A stretch of DNA of 64,000 bases, taken from assembly GCA_965153285.1 (NCBI GenBank), contig OZ229112.1; one strand, 5' to 3'. This stretch comes from Podarcis tiliguerta. Lineage: Eukaryota. Of this stretch, positions 14,284 through 25,880 are shown one piece after another. The stretch's first letter is position 1. Every line of letters starts with the position of its first letter. Below the pieces are notes generated by a model that was given only the letters and a program-made list of their open reading frames with translations, made no database searches and had not been told where the DNA came from. Both the position numbers and the translations under genes were made by a program.

Positions 14284-14419
14284 GAACCGACGTTGCTCCA
14301 CCGTTACCAGGAGCACCCCTACTTGGTACCACTCCCTGGCCAAAAAAACTCCCCTTCCAGTTCACTCATCGCCTTCTCCCAACCAAATCTCTCCTCTTCT
14401 GAGCAGCCAGAGGCTTCAC

Positions 14420-15030
14420 CACCACCACCGCCCTCCTTTCCCCCATAGGCACCCAGCTCCGCCTGCAGCTGCTTTGCCCTGCCGCCCCTCTCTTCCCCGC
14501 GCCCCTCAGCCCGAACCCGCAGCGAGGGGGGCACCGCACCGTCTCCCGGCGTGATGGTCTCCACTTCCACCCCCATGGCCGCCGTGCTCTCGACGCGGCG
14601 CGCTCCCGCTTGGCAACCTGCTCCGCGCACCACGCGCCGCCGTCCACCTCGGCCGGTCCCGGCTTAGCGAGACCCTCCAGCCGGCGCATAGCTCCCCGCC
14701 CCTCTCCGCAGCTGACGGACAAGCGCCTCCGGAGCTGCCCATCAGCCCACCGGGCCAATGGAAAAGTGGGGAGGGGGGCTGCAGGCGCCGCCGTCGCCCA
14801 ATCCCCCCGCGAGGTGGCTGAGCGGAAGGCAGGGCGAAAAGCCTTCCGTGGGGAGGAGCTGGGCGGCGGAGTAAGAGGGCGGGGGACCGCGCTGCGAAAA
14901 GATAAGGCAGGCAGGCAGGCAGCGCAACTTGCGGAATGACTGCAGTCCTGTTTTCTTGCGGGAAGCAGGCGCTGCTCCTTTGGCAGCGCAGAGCCCGGCT
15001 TGTCAAACGCGTGCGTGGAAACGGCTCCGC
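14420..15030. promoter_or_regulatory. CpG-island promoter of FKBP1B
   Basis: Very GC- and CpG-rich stretch around the FKBP1B ATG, with a CCAAT box (~14754) and a GGGCGGGG GC box (~14877). Confidence 0.85.
14540..14576 (-). CDS. FKBP1B: FKBP1B (FKBP12.6) coding exon 1, MGVEVETITPGD-G
   Basis: ATG in strong Kozak context (GCGGCCATGG) inside a CpG island. 37-nt coding exon followed by a GTGCGG donor. Peptide matches the FKBP12/12.6 N-terminus. Confidence 0.95.
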
Positions 15031-15374
15031 ATTTTAAGTGGAGGTTGGGTGGCTATATGTCATGTGAGATCCCTGCATTGCAGGTGGTTGGGCTAGATGA
15101 TCCTCGGGATCCCTTCCAACTCCGTGAGCCTATGATTCCAATCTAGGGCTTTTATGCACTTTTTTTTTTAAACTTTACTTTGCTCCGTTTCATGCTGAGT
15201 ATCAAGCCCCATTTCATAGGCAGAGCGCTAAGGTGCGAAGCTGCTCCTATACGAGGCTGGTTCTACTCAAGGGCCCCATCTCCCCATATGAACCAACCCA
15301 GACCCTGCGATCTTCCTCGTGTGCTTCCTCCACAAGAGTTCTGGAGGGGTAAAACAAGAAGGGCCATTTTCTGA

Positions 15375-15655
15375 AGTGTCCCCCATCCCCTGTGAAATGC
15401 TCTCTCCAAGGAGGCTCACCTGGCACCTACATTAAATATATTTAGGCGCCAGGTGAAAACATTTCTCTTCAACCAGGCATTTGGCTGATTAACATTCTGT
15501 GGGCTTTAAAATGTGTGAATGGGGGAGGGACGGGTTACTGGTTTGCTTTGCTTTTGTTTTATTATGTATTTTGTGTTTCCATTCTGTATTTTTATGTTGT
15601 GGACTGCCCTGTGATCTTTGGATGAAGAGCGCTATACAAATTTTAAAAATAAATA
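15375..15655 (+). mobile_element. L2 LINE 3' end (similar piece at ~34290-34500)
   Basis: TAAAACATT.CTC...CAGGC.TTTGGCT.ATT...GCCCTG.GATC...GGC..TATA.AAAT tail followed by an A-rich repeat. Confidence 0.65.
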
Positions 15656-16111
15656 AAAATACCACAGAGTAAGGATCCAGGCCTACCAAACAGAACTGAA
15701 AAAGCTGCAACCGCGAGACTCGCTTCCAGAGAAACCCTCTCTGCAATCCTGCCTGCAGCCTCAGGAAATAAAGCAACAAGGACCCTGCAGCTATCATTAT
15801 ACTGGACAAGAATAGAAATGAACCTGTAGAAAACAGGGGTGTTGTTTTTTTAATAGGGAGGCACCATTGCTCAGCGGTAAAGGCAGCAGCTTTGACTGCA
15901 GAAGGTCCCTGGGAAAGATCCTTCCAGTTGCAGAACTTGGGGTCTCAAATTTCAGCAGCGCCCCCCTCACACTCAATTCTAAAACATAGTTTGCATCTCT
16001 GGCGGAGTCCCCAAGGCTTCATGCCCAGTGCAATTGAATCAGTTGCATTCCCCTACATCTGCCTCTAATCCTCTGCCTAAGGCCCAAAGAGCAGATGCTT
16101 GGTGAGGAAAA

Positions 16112-16245
16112 GCCTTAGCTCAGTGGTGGAGCATTTGTTTTGCATGCAGAAGGTACCAGGTTCAACCTCCAAGGGCATCTCCAGGTAGGACTGGGAGAGA
16201 CTTCCGGTCTGAAGCCCTCACGAGCCACTGCCAGTCAGTATAGCG
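16112..16245 (+). mobile_element. Short squamate tRNA-derived SINE (Squam3-like); related pieces at ~15860-15940 and ~26700-26770
   Basis: TAGCTCAGTGG.GGAGCAT..TTTGCATGCAGAAGGT.CCAGGTTCAA...GGCATCTCCAGGTAGG...GAGCCACTGCCAGTCAGT. Confidence 0.7.
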
Positions 16246-18140
16246 CCAAATTGGAACAAATGGCAACAGATTGCTGTTTGTTCCGATTTAGCACTAAAGA
16301 GCAGGTTTTCTGGGGGAAAGCAATGGAAAGGCAAAGCAACTCAAGCAGATCCATACCTAGAAAGCACAGAAGTGGAAAACTGCTCAGATCCATGCTTTCT
16401 AGGCACAGGGCAAGCGGAAGTGCGGATGAGCCCTAAGTGTAAAGCAGTTTCCTAATAAACTGAGAAAGGAGCTCTGCTGGAACAAATCAAAGGTTCATCT
16501 AGTCCTGCATCCCACAGCAGCTAACCAGAAGTGTCATGGAATTTGGATAAGGGATGTAGCTTGGATGCATTTCACAACCCCTGTTTGAAGTATTGGTGCA
16601 CACTATTTATGATTTCTTTTTTTAAAAGAGGAGGCTATCAATGGCTGATAATCCTAAAGGCAATATACTGCCTCCATGATCAGATGTACTGCACCTCTAG
16701 ATGCCATTTGCTGGGGGACAACATCTAGACAAAGCATCTGACTGGCAATTAAGGAAAACAGGATACTGAATTACACAGATCTTTGGTCTGATCCAGCTAG
16801 ACTTTTTGTATGTGCTTACGTTCTCTAACCAAAGGTTTTTCAAGGTTAGAATTGCCATATATATAAGAAAGCAAAATGCACAGAATCATATGGCAATATC
16901 AGGCTTCATACAATTCCTAAGCACAATAGGACTATAACAACTGTATAAAGAAAGTGACATATATATGTAATAAGTGACTAAGATTTCTGCCTTCACTATT
17001 TACAAAGAATTAATGCTGGAAATTTTCCCAACCCTTCTCTTGCTAGTTTAATTTAATTTTCACTAAATCAATTAAAGAAACAGCCCATAAAATCACTCTG
17101 TTTTATTCTTACTTCTTTTAAATCACTGTCCAGGAAGATTTACTTTAATATATACTGTTTACTTGCAAAAAGGGTTTGGAAACAAATACTTTCATTCCTC
17201 CATCCAACCCCCCCCACCCCCAGTTCAGTAATTTAATACTGTAAGGTTTTGAGGTCCTCTCGGGGTCTGCCCCTGGCACTCTTAAGTGGTAGAAAGCTTT
17301 GAGACAGATCCAACCCAATACATTTTGCTGGCTGGGGTGAAGGACAAGACGACAGCTCCCTCCCTTTCCCTTCCATGTACTGAAGCCCGTTAGACTTGCG
17401 TTTGGATATTCCTTCAGCCCTGGTGATGGGACAGTATCAATCACGACATTAGGGCAGCAGGCTAGCTTAGGGGCTGGAGAGCAGGTCACATAGCACAAAT
17501 AGCTATGTTTTTCACCTCACTGTTGCCGCCTGCCCATCACCACCTGCCACTTGAGGCAGATGCTTCACTCTACCCAATGGTAGGGCTGGCTCTGCTTTAA
17601 GAGACAGTGAAAGGAAGGAGATTAGATAGGATGGAAGCCCTCCATTCCTCCAGGAGCTGTTGGCTCCACACATGCAGAATGAACTGGCATGGGAGCACTT
17701 TTTGACAAGCAATCCCCCTCTCCCTTATTTAGATGATGTAGTTCTTTATGGGGAACTGGCTTCAGGCACCACACCCACTGGGGTAAAACTCTGTATTACA
17801 AAGATGTCTGCAAATGTGGCATGAAGGCTGGCAACATCAACTCCATGATGCCTGGAGACAGTCAGGTCATGTATGCATAGCAGTGATCAGAGGAGGAATG
17901 ACCACTGGGAGGAGCTTCATCCACCCCAGCTGCAACAAAACATGTCTCCCCCCGTATCGGTCTCTACAGCCACAGAAGGCCCTGTAACCTTTCAAGTTTG
18001 ACATCGCCCCCAAGGCGCACTATGCCAACAATTTATGTGGAAGACAACAGCACCATCTGCTTTGCTTAATGTCTGAATCAACTTGCAAGCACTGAGTCAT
18101 TTATTGGTGCATTTGGATTTCTTTCAGCATGTCCAGTCTG

Positions 18141-18157
18141 TGACAGACAGACAGACA

Positions 18158-18188
<31 letters not shown>
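18141..18188. repeat. (GACA)n(CA)n microsatellite
   Basis: Read directly from the sequence. Confidence 0.95.
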
Positions 18189-18191
<3 letters not shown>

Positions 18192-18537
18192 CCAAGGGTA
18201 AAAATGCTGAGAAAATAATTTGGATGTGAGAATGCTCTCTCAAGTATTGTATTGCAATATGTAACCTACAGAGTGACATAGTTTTGATAGCCCACATTCT
18301 GCACAATGCACAGACACACACACAAAGTATTGTGCAGAAGTGGGGGCCTGAACAAAATGTGTTTGCTTTCAAGTTCTTTTGTAACTTCACAAAGAGATCA
18401 AGGCCAAGCTATGGAAATCATTGTAACAGCCCTTAATAAAAAGGAAAGTGTCTAGCTTAATTTACAAGTCAAGGCTGCAGTCTGATACATAATTTACTGA
18501 CAAGCAGCCCAATGTGTTGAGGTTTTGTGTATTGGGC

Positions 18538-18557
18538 TTATATTATTATTATTATTA

Positions 18558-18599
<42 letters not shown>
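18538..18599. repeat. (TTA)n microsatellite
   Basis: Read directly from the sequence. Confidence 0.95.
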
Positions 18600-18980
18600 G
18601 CATTGTTGCTATATTTCACCTATGCATTATTTTACACATGTGATACTGTATCTTTGAACTGAAATTATGTTCACAATATTTTTTGTGAATACATTAAAAA
18701 AAACAAGAAATAAAGATTTCAGGTAAAAGGAGGAGGAGGGTTGAAGTACTTCTCTACATTTCTGTGAAATATTGGTAGTATTCAGCTGCTGTATTGGTAG
18801 TATTAAATTTGAAGTTGCAACAAGGTTTATGAGATCTGAGCCCAGCTTAGCCAGGGGAACCAGGTCATCAGTGTATGCCACAAATAACTAAAACCATTCA
18901 AGTATTTTGTGAACAGGGAACTTTTTCAGACATGTCTGTTAAAAGGCTGCTGCTGCTTTAATTGTGCCTGTGAAACTGTC

Positions 18981-19000
18981 AGAGGCGCCATCTGGTGGCT
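18981..19000 (-). promoter_or_regulatory. Candidate CTCF site
   Basis: Minus strand reads AGCCACCAGATGGCGCCTCT, a close match to the CTCF core CCASYAGRKGGCRS, sitting in AT-rich surroundings. Confidence 0.7.
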
Positions 19001-19829
19001 GTTTTTACTTTTGTGAATTGATGTACTACTCCAGCCAAAGATACAGAATTGATGTACAAGCCATAACGGGATCTTGGATGAAGTGCATTTCATTTGGAAT
19101 TCCTTCTGCTCTGTTGTGGGAAAGAACAGCCTAACTGCTGCACTGGGTGCCTTTTGTGTCAGTTAGTGGGTACTTTCAGCTCTATGATTCTATGAATCTA
19201 TTATTCTAAATAAGGTCAGCAAGATGGGAGGCAGTTGAGGCAAGGGAGTAAATAAAACATGGACAAGAGATGAACTGCACTGCTTTGAGTTGGCTTCTGC
19301 AATACCTTATTCATAGCAAGAAAGAAATTCATTGCAAAGCCTTGCATCTTTTAATCATACAGTATTGTGAACATTTATTTCTTGTACTCCTAAATGCTGG
19401 GATTCAGCACTCAAATGCGTGAAATAAAACTAATAAAGATAACAGTGCTTCTGAGCATGTGCAGAACACATTTCCTTCACCAGAAAGTAATCACAGGTAG
19501 CCCATAAGCATCTTTAATTACCATCAGTGCTTCAAGATAGTATGACTCAGGCTTAAGGCCCAGGTTTTCTCTTTTTATGACCCTTCAGTTTGGATTACAG
19601 AATAAAGTGAGAAAAGAGTAAATGCAGAAGAAGAAAAGTCTGGAATCAATTGGTCTGCCACTCACAGAAACCAACACCTTATTTCTGTTGCTCTTGCTTT
19701 TGTTTCCTGTCACTCCCATTACTTGGTTGGAACTACTGGCAAAACTGAATACTACCCTTCTTTCCTTATACTTCAAGAATGTGATTAAATATTCTTAGTG
19801 TTCCCTTCAGGGGCTGTGAAAGAAAAAGT

Positions 19830-20272
19830 GTCAGGTCATTATTTCATGCTGCAGCTGCATTGCTTGCTGGTGCATAAGAGCTTTCCTCCATTCAGTGAAG
19901 AGACCGTTATTCACTGAAGGTATTAAACTGCTATTTTAAAACACAGGCCCAGCCCTTAAAGAGTTAAAAATAGGCTTCCAAGAACATGTCATCTCAGAGA
20001 ACAGTAATTAGCTAAACCTTATTAGATGTCACATGTGTCTGTGAGAGACACACACAGAGAGAGCGCCTCCCCAGAAAAGAGTATGGTTAGAGCAGCTTTG
20101 ATGTAGATCTATACATCAGCAGAGCTGCATCGCAGAAGAGGCTTGAAAGAAGGGGCATTGCCATAGGGAAATCGGTCTTCGGCCAAGGAGCATTTGCTTT
20201 GTCAAGCTGTTCTGATGAATCCTGTGGAAAATCAACTTTGGAGCCAACCACACTAGCAAGGAGGGTTGAATA
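19830..20272 (+). promoter_or_regulatory. Putative proximal non-CpG promoter / 5'UTR of WDCP copy A
   Basis: Perfect MEF2 site TTAAAAATAG at 19964-19973, near-MEF2 CTATTTTAAA at 19931-19940 and E-box CAGCTG at 19852-19857. No convincing polypyrimidine acceptor just upstream of the ATG at 20273. Confidence 0.4.
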
Positions 20273-22183
20273 ATGGAACTGGGGAAAGCGAAGCTGCTGA
20301 GAACAGGCCTTAATGCTTTGCACCAGGCCATACACCCTGTGCATGGGATTGCTTGGACAGATGGCAAGCAGGTGGCACTGACTGGCCTCCACTTTCACAA
20401 CAAAGAACTGCGGTTTGGCGACTCAACGGTTATTGGTCAGTTTGAACACGTCCATGGACTTTACTGGAGCCCGTGTTACTCGGCTGACACGCCAGCCCTG
20501 CTAGCTGTTCAGCATAAGAAGCATGTCAGCGTTTGGCAACTGAGCCACGTTGCCTCGGAAAAGAATAAGCTCCTGGTTTCTCAGACCTGTGAAATTGGCG
20601 AGCCTTTCCAGTTGCTTCCTCAGGGATGTGTGTGGCACCCAAAGAGGGACGTATTGTCTGTCCTTACCAAAAGGGATGCTTCTGTTTTATATACCGTTCG
20701 TTCAGACAACTCCAGGATTAAAGCAGATATCAAAAGCAGTGGTCTCATCCACTGTGCTTGCTGGACTAAGGATGGCCATCGCTTAGTCGTTGCTATAGGC
20801 AGCGCTCTTCACTCCTATATATGGGACGATGCCCAGAAAACATTAAACGCTTGCTCCTTTTGCCCAATATTTGACGTTGGAAGCTACATTTGTGCTATTG
20901 AAGCCACGTTGGATTTTCAAATTGCTGTGGCTACCGAACTCCCCCTTGATAAGATTTGTGGCTTAAATGCAGGCATTACATTTGAATTGCCTGTAGGAAC
21001 GGAAACGGGTTCTTTAACTTCGCAGTCTACACTGGTGCTTGGGGATGAGGAATACTCTATGGATCTGCGAAGGAAGTCTATAGATTCAGACAAATCAGTA
21101 GCCGTTGATTCAGTAGCTTCATCTTCCTCGGGCCCAGTTGATTTAACCCACATCCTTTCAAATCACCGGAGATCTGATCCCAGTCCTCTCATTCCTTTGA
21201 GAAGGAAGGATTACCCTTCAGGAACTGGCCAAGATTCGTCACACTTGATCTTAGTGACTTTTGAAGGAAAGGTAACCACAACCAGGAAAGTCAGCATTCC
21301 AGGAATTTTGGTCCCTGATATAATTGCTTTTGACCTTAGAGCTCAGATTGTGGCAATCGCTTCTAACACTTGTAACATTGTTTTGGTCTACTCAGTCACC
21401 TCATCCTGCATGCCCAACATTCAGCAAATCCAACTAGAGAAAAGCGAACGACCCAAGGGTCTGTCCTTTTTGACAGAGAAGCTCTTACTAGTTCTGATAG
21501 GGAAGCAGAAGTTCACTGACCCCTCACTTATCCCATCATCTAATTCTGATAGATATATCATCCGACTGATGATCAAAGAATTGATATTTGAGGAAGAGCC
21601 ATCAGCAAAATCTGATACCGCCCACAGTCTGCCATTCAGTTTTGAGTCCTCTGTGAACATTCCTGGGAAAAGAAAGTATTTTGAGAATCTTGCTGCCGAG
21701 GATCACATTGTAGGGCGGGAGCTCTTAATCCCAGGCAGAACGATTATTCAGTCACCTAGCGGCAGGAGACGAATGCTGGAAGAAGTGAAGAGCCCTAGTT
21801 ATGAGCAAAGTTCATCATCTAGTGTGAGCGATTTTGATGAGAAAAGAGTCTTAGGTGACCCATCCATTGCACTGGAAACTTTGGATGCAGAACCAATTAA
21901 TCGGTCCGTAGCCCTGTTTGGTCTTGGAACGCCTACCAGGTTTTCCAATAGATCAGTTTCTTCTAAAGCGATGCAAGAAACTTTGAATTCTCCTAAAAAC
22001 AGCAGCTTGGCTAATGAAAAAGGAGCCAGTCAAATATCCAGGAATTTGGAAAAATTGTGTGGCAGCTTCAATGACTTACAGTTGAGACTTCTGGAACTAG
22101 TAGATTTCACAAAAAATGGAAAGAGACTATCTGTAGCTTACCCATCTTCTCAAGAACCACCTTTTGTTCACATCACCTACCAG
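20273..22183 (+). CDS. WDCP: WDCP paralogue A (WDCP-like), large first coding exon: WD40-like N-terminal region plus coiled coil, 637 codons
   Basis: [34 protein letters not shown]...[14 protein letters not shown]...HITYQ matches WDCP/C2orf44. Ends at a phase-0 donor CAG|GTAATT. Confidence 0.95.
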
Positions 22184-23764
22184 GTAATTTATATACCATT
22201 CTCCAAAGTAGTTTGCTCTTAGAAACTTCATTACAGTTCTTAGAAACTTCATTACAGGATTTTGCTTAATTAGTAAGTTTCACATGAGCTTCATGCTGTG
22301 CTTGATTTAAATGGTGAAATGATAGTTATTAGGAGCAAAGGTTATGTCTGATATTCTGCACAGGAAAATCCAGACCTGTGCTTCCTTTACTGTTCAGCTT
22401 AATTGTCATTGATGTATTATATATGTCCATTTGTTCTAAGTCATCTGTTTCCAAATCTTACGGCATATTTTTTTTACTACAAGAGATAACTGGCAGCTCT
22501 ATATGTGGCTTTTGAAATGCTTTGAATCTTTTTAGAGAGAGAAGATATCAGACCAACTTCTGTAGATAAGAATATATAAGCTTCAAAGGATCATGGGTCT
22601 CACAGCATAAAAACATTCAGGAAATATGGGATATTAATATTTGATTACATAATGAAGCAATTTAAGAAAATCAAAATCCATGGATCAAGGTTCCTGTTTC
22701 CTCAACAGCAATTCTTTTCTCCTCCCTTGCTTTTTCATGAAATAATTGTCACTATTTTATTAATTTGATTGCTAGTCAATGTTGTAGTGTTTTGTGGTAC
22801 AACACTAATGGCAACAAAAATGAGTCAATAATTTAGATGTGCTGCATTAAGCAAGCTGGAGCATAAAAACCATTATTTCTATTTCTTTAATAATTCAGAG
22901 TAACTTTCATTAATATATAAAATATAGTGCAGTAGCAAGGCAGATATCTATCTTCCTCCTTCCACTCTTTTCTAAGAAACTTCTGTAGAGTTGCTATTGG
23001 TTTTTTCCTAACAAATTTTATTATTATGAAGCAATAGTTTCTAAAAAAAAAAATCTCTATGATATGAAGCTTGACTCTGTACTCTCTTATTCCGATGACC
23101 CAGGCAGAAAATTGTGGTGTGTTGAGGATTTTGGGGCTGCTTTTTGATTAGAGGTATAGCAGTGGAATTATTTTACGCTTTTTGTTTTGCTGTGAGTTAA
23201 TTTTATCTAAACCAGTACATCCAGAGTGTATATGAGATATTTGCTCTGGGAGCTGCTGCTGCTGCTTTCGCTGCCATTAATCCTTCCAACTCATGGTTGA
23301 CTTTTCAACTACTGTTGTTGCCTTCCTCTTCCTCCTCTTCCATTCCACCCCGCTCCACCCACACAACCACTCCAGGGGTGCATTTTTCAGGGCTGGATAA
23401 AGTCACTTTGCCAGCCTTTAAGCATAGCTGCTTTTAAAGCGGAAGCTACTCATAGAGTTGGGCTCTGTACCTGTCATGGGGGTACCTTATTGCTCCCCCT
23501 CAAAAATATGCAGCTGGGGCCATGCCCCCCGGCTCCCCCCCCCCCCACTATGCCTCTGTTTCCCAGTGAGCAGACTCAGCCTTGCACATAGAAGCCAAAA
23601 ACCCACAAAACTTTTTTGAGGGAGCCAAGCCCCCACAAAGTTGATGGGCATTCCTATTCAAATAGTGTGTTTGTGTGTGCACTGCGTCATGTGATTGATT
23701 ATGTAGAGTGGGGCTTACCTGGGCCCCCACAATATTTTATTTAAGTTGGCACCCCTGACCTTGC

Positions 23765-23854
23765 CATAGCTGTCAACTTTTCTTTTTTCTTGCGAGGAAT
23801 CCTATTCGGAATAAGGGAATTTCCCTTAAGAAAAGGGAAAAGTTGACAGCTATG
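23765..23854. mobile_element. 90-bp hAT-type MITE
   Basis: TIR CATAGCTGTCAACTTTTC. Perfect 8-bp TSD GACCTTGC (23757-23764 and 23855-23862). Confidence 0.9.
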
Positions 23855-25516
23855 GACCTTGCACCTGGGATAGGTATAAGTAGGAACCTAGATACATATG
23901 GCTGGTCTGCACCGATGGCTCTTTGATGCAGATTGCCATGTCAGTAATCTCTAACGTGCTTTCCCCACACTGAGGTGTGGGTTGTCTTTTGGCTCAAGTA
24001 ACTTAAAAATAAATAAATGAATACATAGATGTAGTCTAATACAAATTAATGCTTTGCTGATGGTAAAAAAGGAGAGGCCTTGGGGATCTCTAGGAGTCAT
24101 GGTTGTACAAGACACAGCTGTACAAGTTAGTGGGGATTCCTGAATGGGTCGGATGTGAACAAAATTAATTGTGGAGTATGCCTGATAGTCAAGGAGGAGG
24201 GCTGAAGCAATGGCTGAAATGAAATGAAGGGAACTGCAATAAGTTTTTTCCTCCAATCTAAAATACAGAAGCCTGCAATACAGATAATAATACTTAATGC
24301 TTTTGATGAAGACTTGCAAAGTATGAGAATGCTCATTCATGGTGGGCCATGAATGCAACAGACATGTACTTTTTTTGTATGTAAATAGCAGCCAAGAATC
24401 TTGATTCTGCCTGACACAGTTCAGCAATTTTGTGGGAAGCAATATTGTGGGAGAGAAAGAGCTAAGTTCCTGCTCTCTTCCACTAATGGTCCCAAGCCTA
24501 CTTTGCAGTGGTTGCATATGTTAATTGCCTTCATGAAGTTAACATCCCTTCAAGTTTGGCCCTTAAAAGCAAAATATATAGTGGAAGCATGCTGTTAGTC
24601 CAAATGGACTAGCATGTTCCCACGTGACATTAGACTTCAGTGAGCCCACTACCATGTGCAGCTTCTAAGATGGGTTGCTGTGGAAGGGCTGCGTAGGTGC
24701 CCATTGATGCAGCAAACCAATGTTGCCCACTGCTGACTACCTTGACCCTATTAACCCATTCATCTCACTCCTTGATGGAACCTTGGGCATGCTTTGCAGG
24801 TGGGTGGGGTGGTAGTGCTTGGCTCCAATCCTGCCCCACGTTAACCACACTGCAATGGCTAACCCAAAGGCCCAGGTGAGTGACTAGTGTCAGAAGCATG
24901 AGTTGTCAGGGTCAGGCCATTCAGCAATCAGTTCTTCTGACCAGATATTTTTTTTCTAAGCAGGAACGCACCAGAACTCAGTTCTGGCACCTCTCAGGTG
25001 GGCGACATTGCCATTATAAGAGAACAAGGCACCTCTTTTTCTAGAAAAATAGCACTGCTTCTGACCATGCTGACCCCTTAGGGTAGACCTGCATATACAA
25101 GCAATGGTGCGAATGTGAAACATATATGGCATCTCTTCTATACCATTACTTTGCCTCCCAATGTAACATTCAAGAGTCATTTTACATATTGTGCAGAATG
25201 AGGACGACGATTGGGCTTGTTTACTGCAGGGGAGCATTAAAAAACATAACTTGCCCACTTGCTGTCCAATTTTCTTTCACTTAATTTAAGGTGTACCTTT
25301 ATATTATATGGGAAATCTGTAATTGTGATCTTTTAATTGCAGTCACAAGGGCCCCTGAATCAGATTGGGACTCTTTAAGGTGCGCACACAAAGACACACA
25401 CAGATTTTCTGTTTTCCCAGTTAAAATACAGAAAGAAAGGCGGGGGGAATGCCATTTGCCCTGCAGGACAGGATCTTACACTTACCAGAAATTGTGCTTC
25501 AGCATTCTGCACTAAC

Positions 25517-25880
25517 TCAGGTTTCTGGACCAAACAAGGGAAGTCCCACATAGACTGTATTGCAGTAATCCAGTCTTGAAGTTACCAGTGCCTGATCTAG
25601 CCTGGTCAAGCTATCCTGGTCCAGGAATGGCTGCAGCTGATAAAAGGTGCTTCTAGCCACCAAGACTACCTGATACGAAGCTGCACTGGCCAAAAGCCAG
25701 GGCACATCATTCTATACTAGCTGCAATTTTTGAACCAGACTCAAGGGCAGCCCTACGTAGCATGCATTGCTGTACTGCATTCTAAAGGTTACCAGTGGCT
25801 GCACCACTGTAGCCAAACTATCCCTGTCTAGGAACAAACGTAGCTGGCATACCAGCTGAAGCTGGAAGAAAGCACTCTTT
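25517..25880 (-). mobile_element. L2 LINE fragments (two adjacent pieces)
   Basis: Encodes ALVTSRLDYCNTVYVGLPL, with a second degenerate copy of the same segment next to it. Confidence 0.75.

Noticed and set aside
14319-15006. Long Arg/Ala/Pro-rich ORFs, including a GTG-initiated N-terminal extension of FKBP1B (also 41546-41941)
   Set aside because: Stop-poor frames are expected in CpG islands. The FKBP1B ATG has an optimal Kozak context.
20087-21660. Antisense ORFs at equivalent positions in both WDCP copies
   Set aside because: They are shadows of the conserved sense reading frame, with no independent evidence.
22184-22222. ORF-track C-termini of the 649-aa and 663-aa ORFs (also 46836-46889), and the TTG-start extension 44898-44939
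   Set aside because: These are read-through past consensus donors or into the acceptor region. Homologous downstream exons continue the protein.
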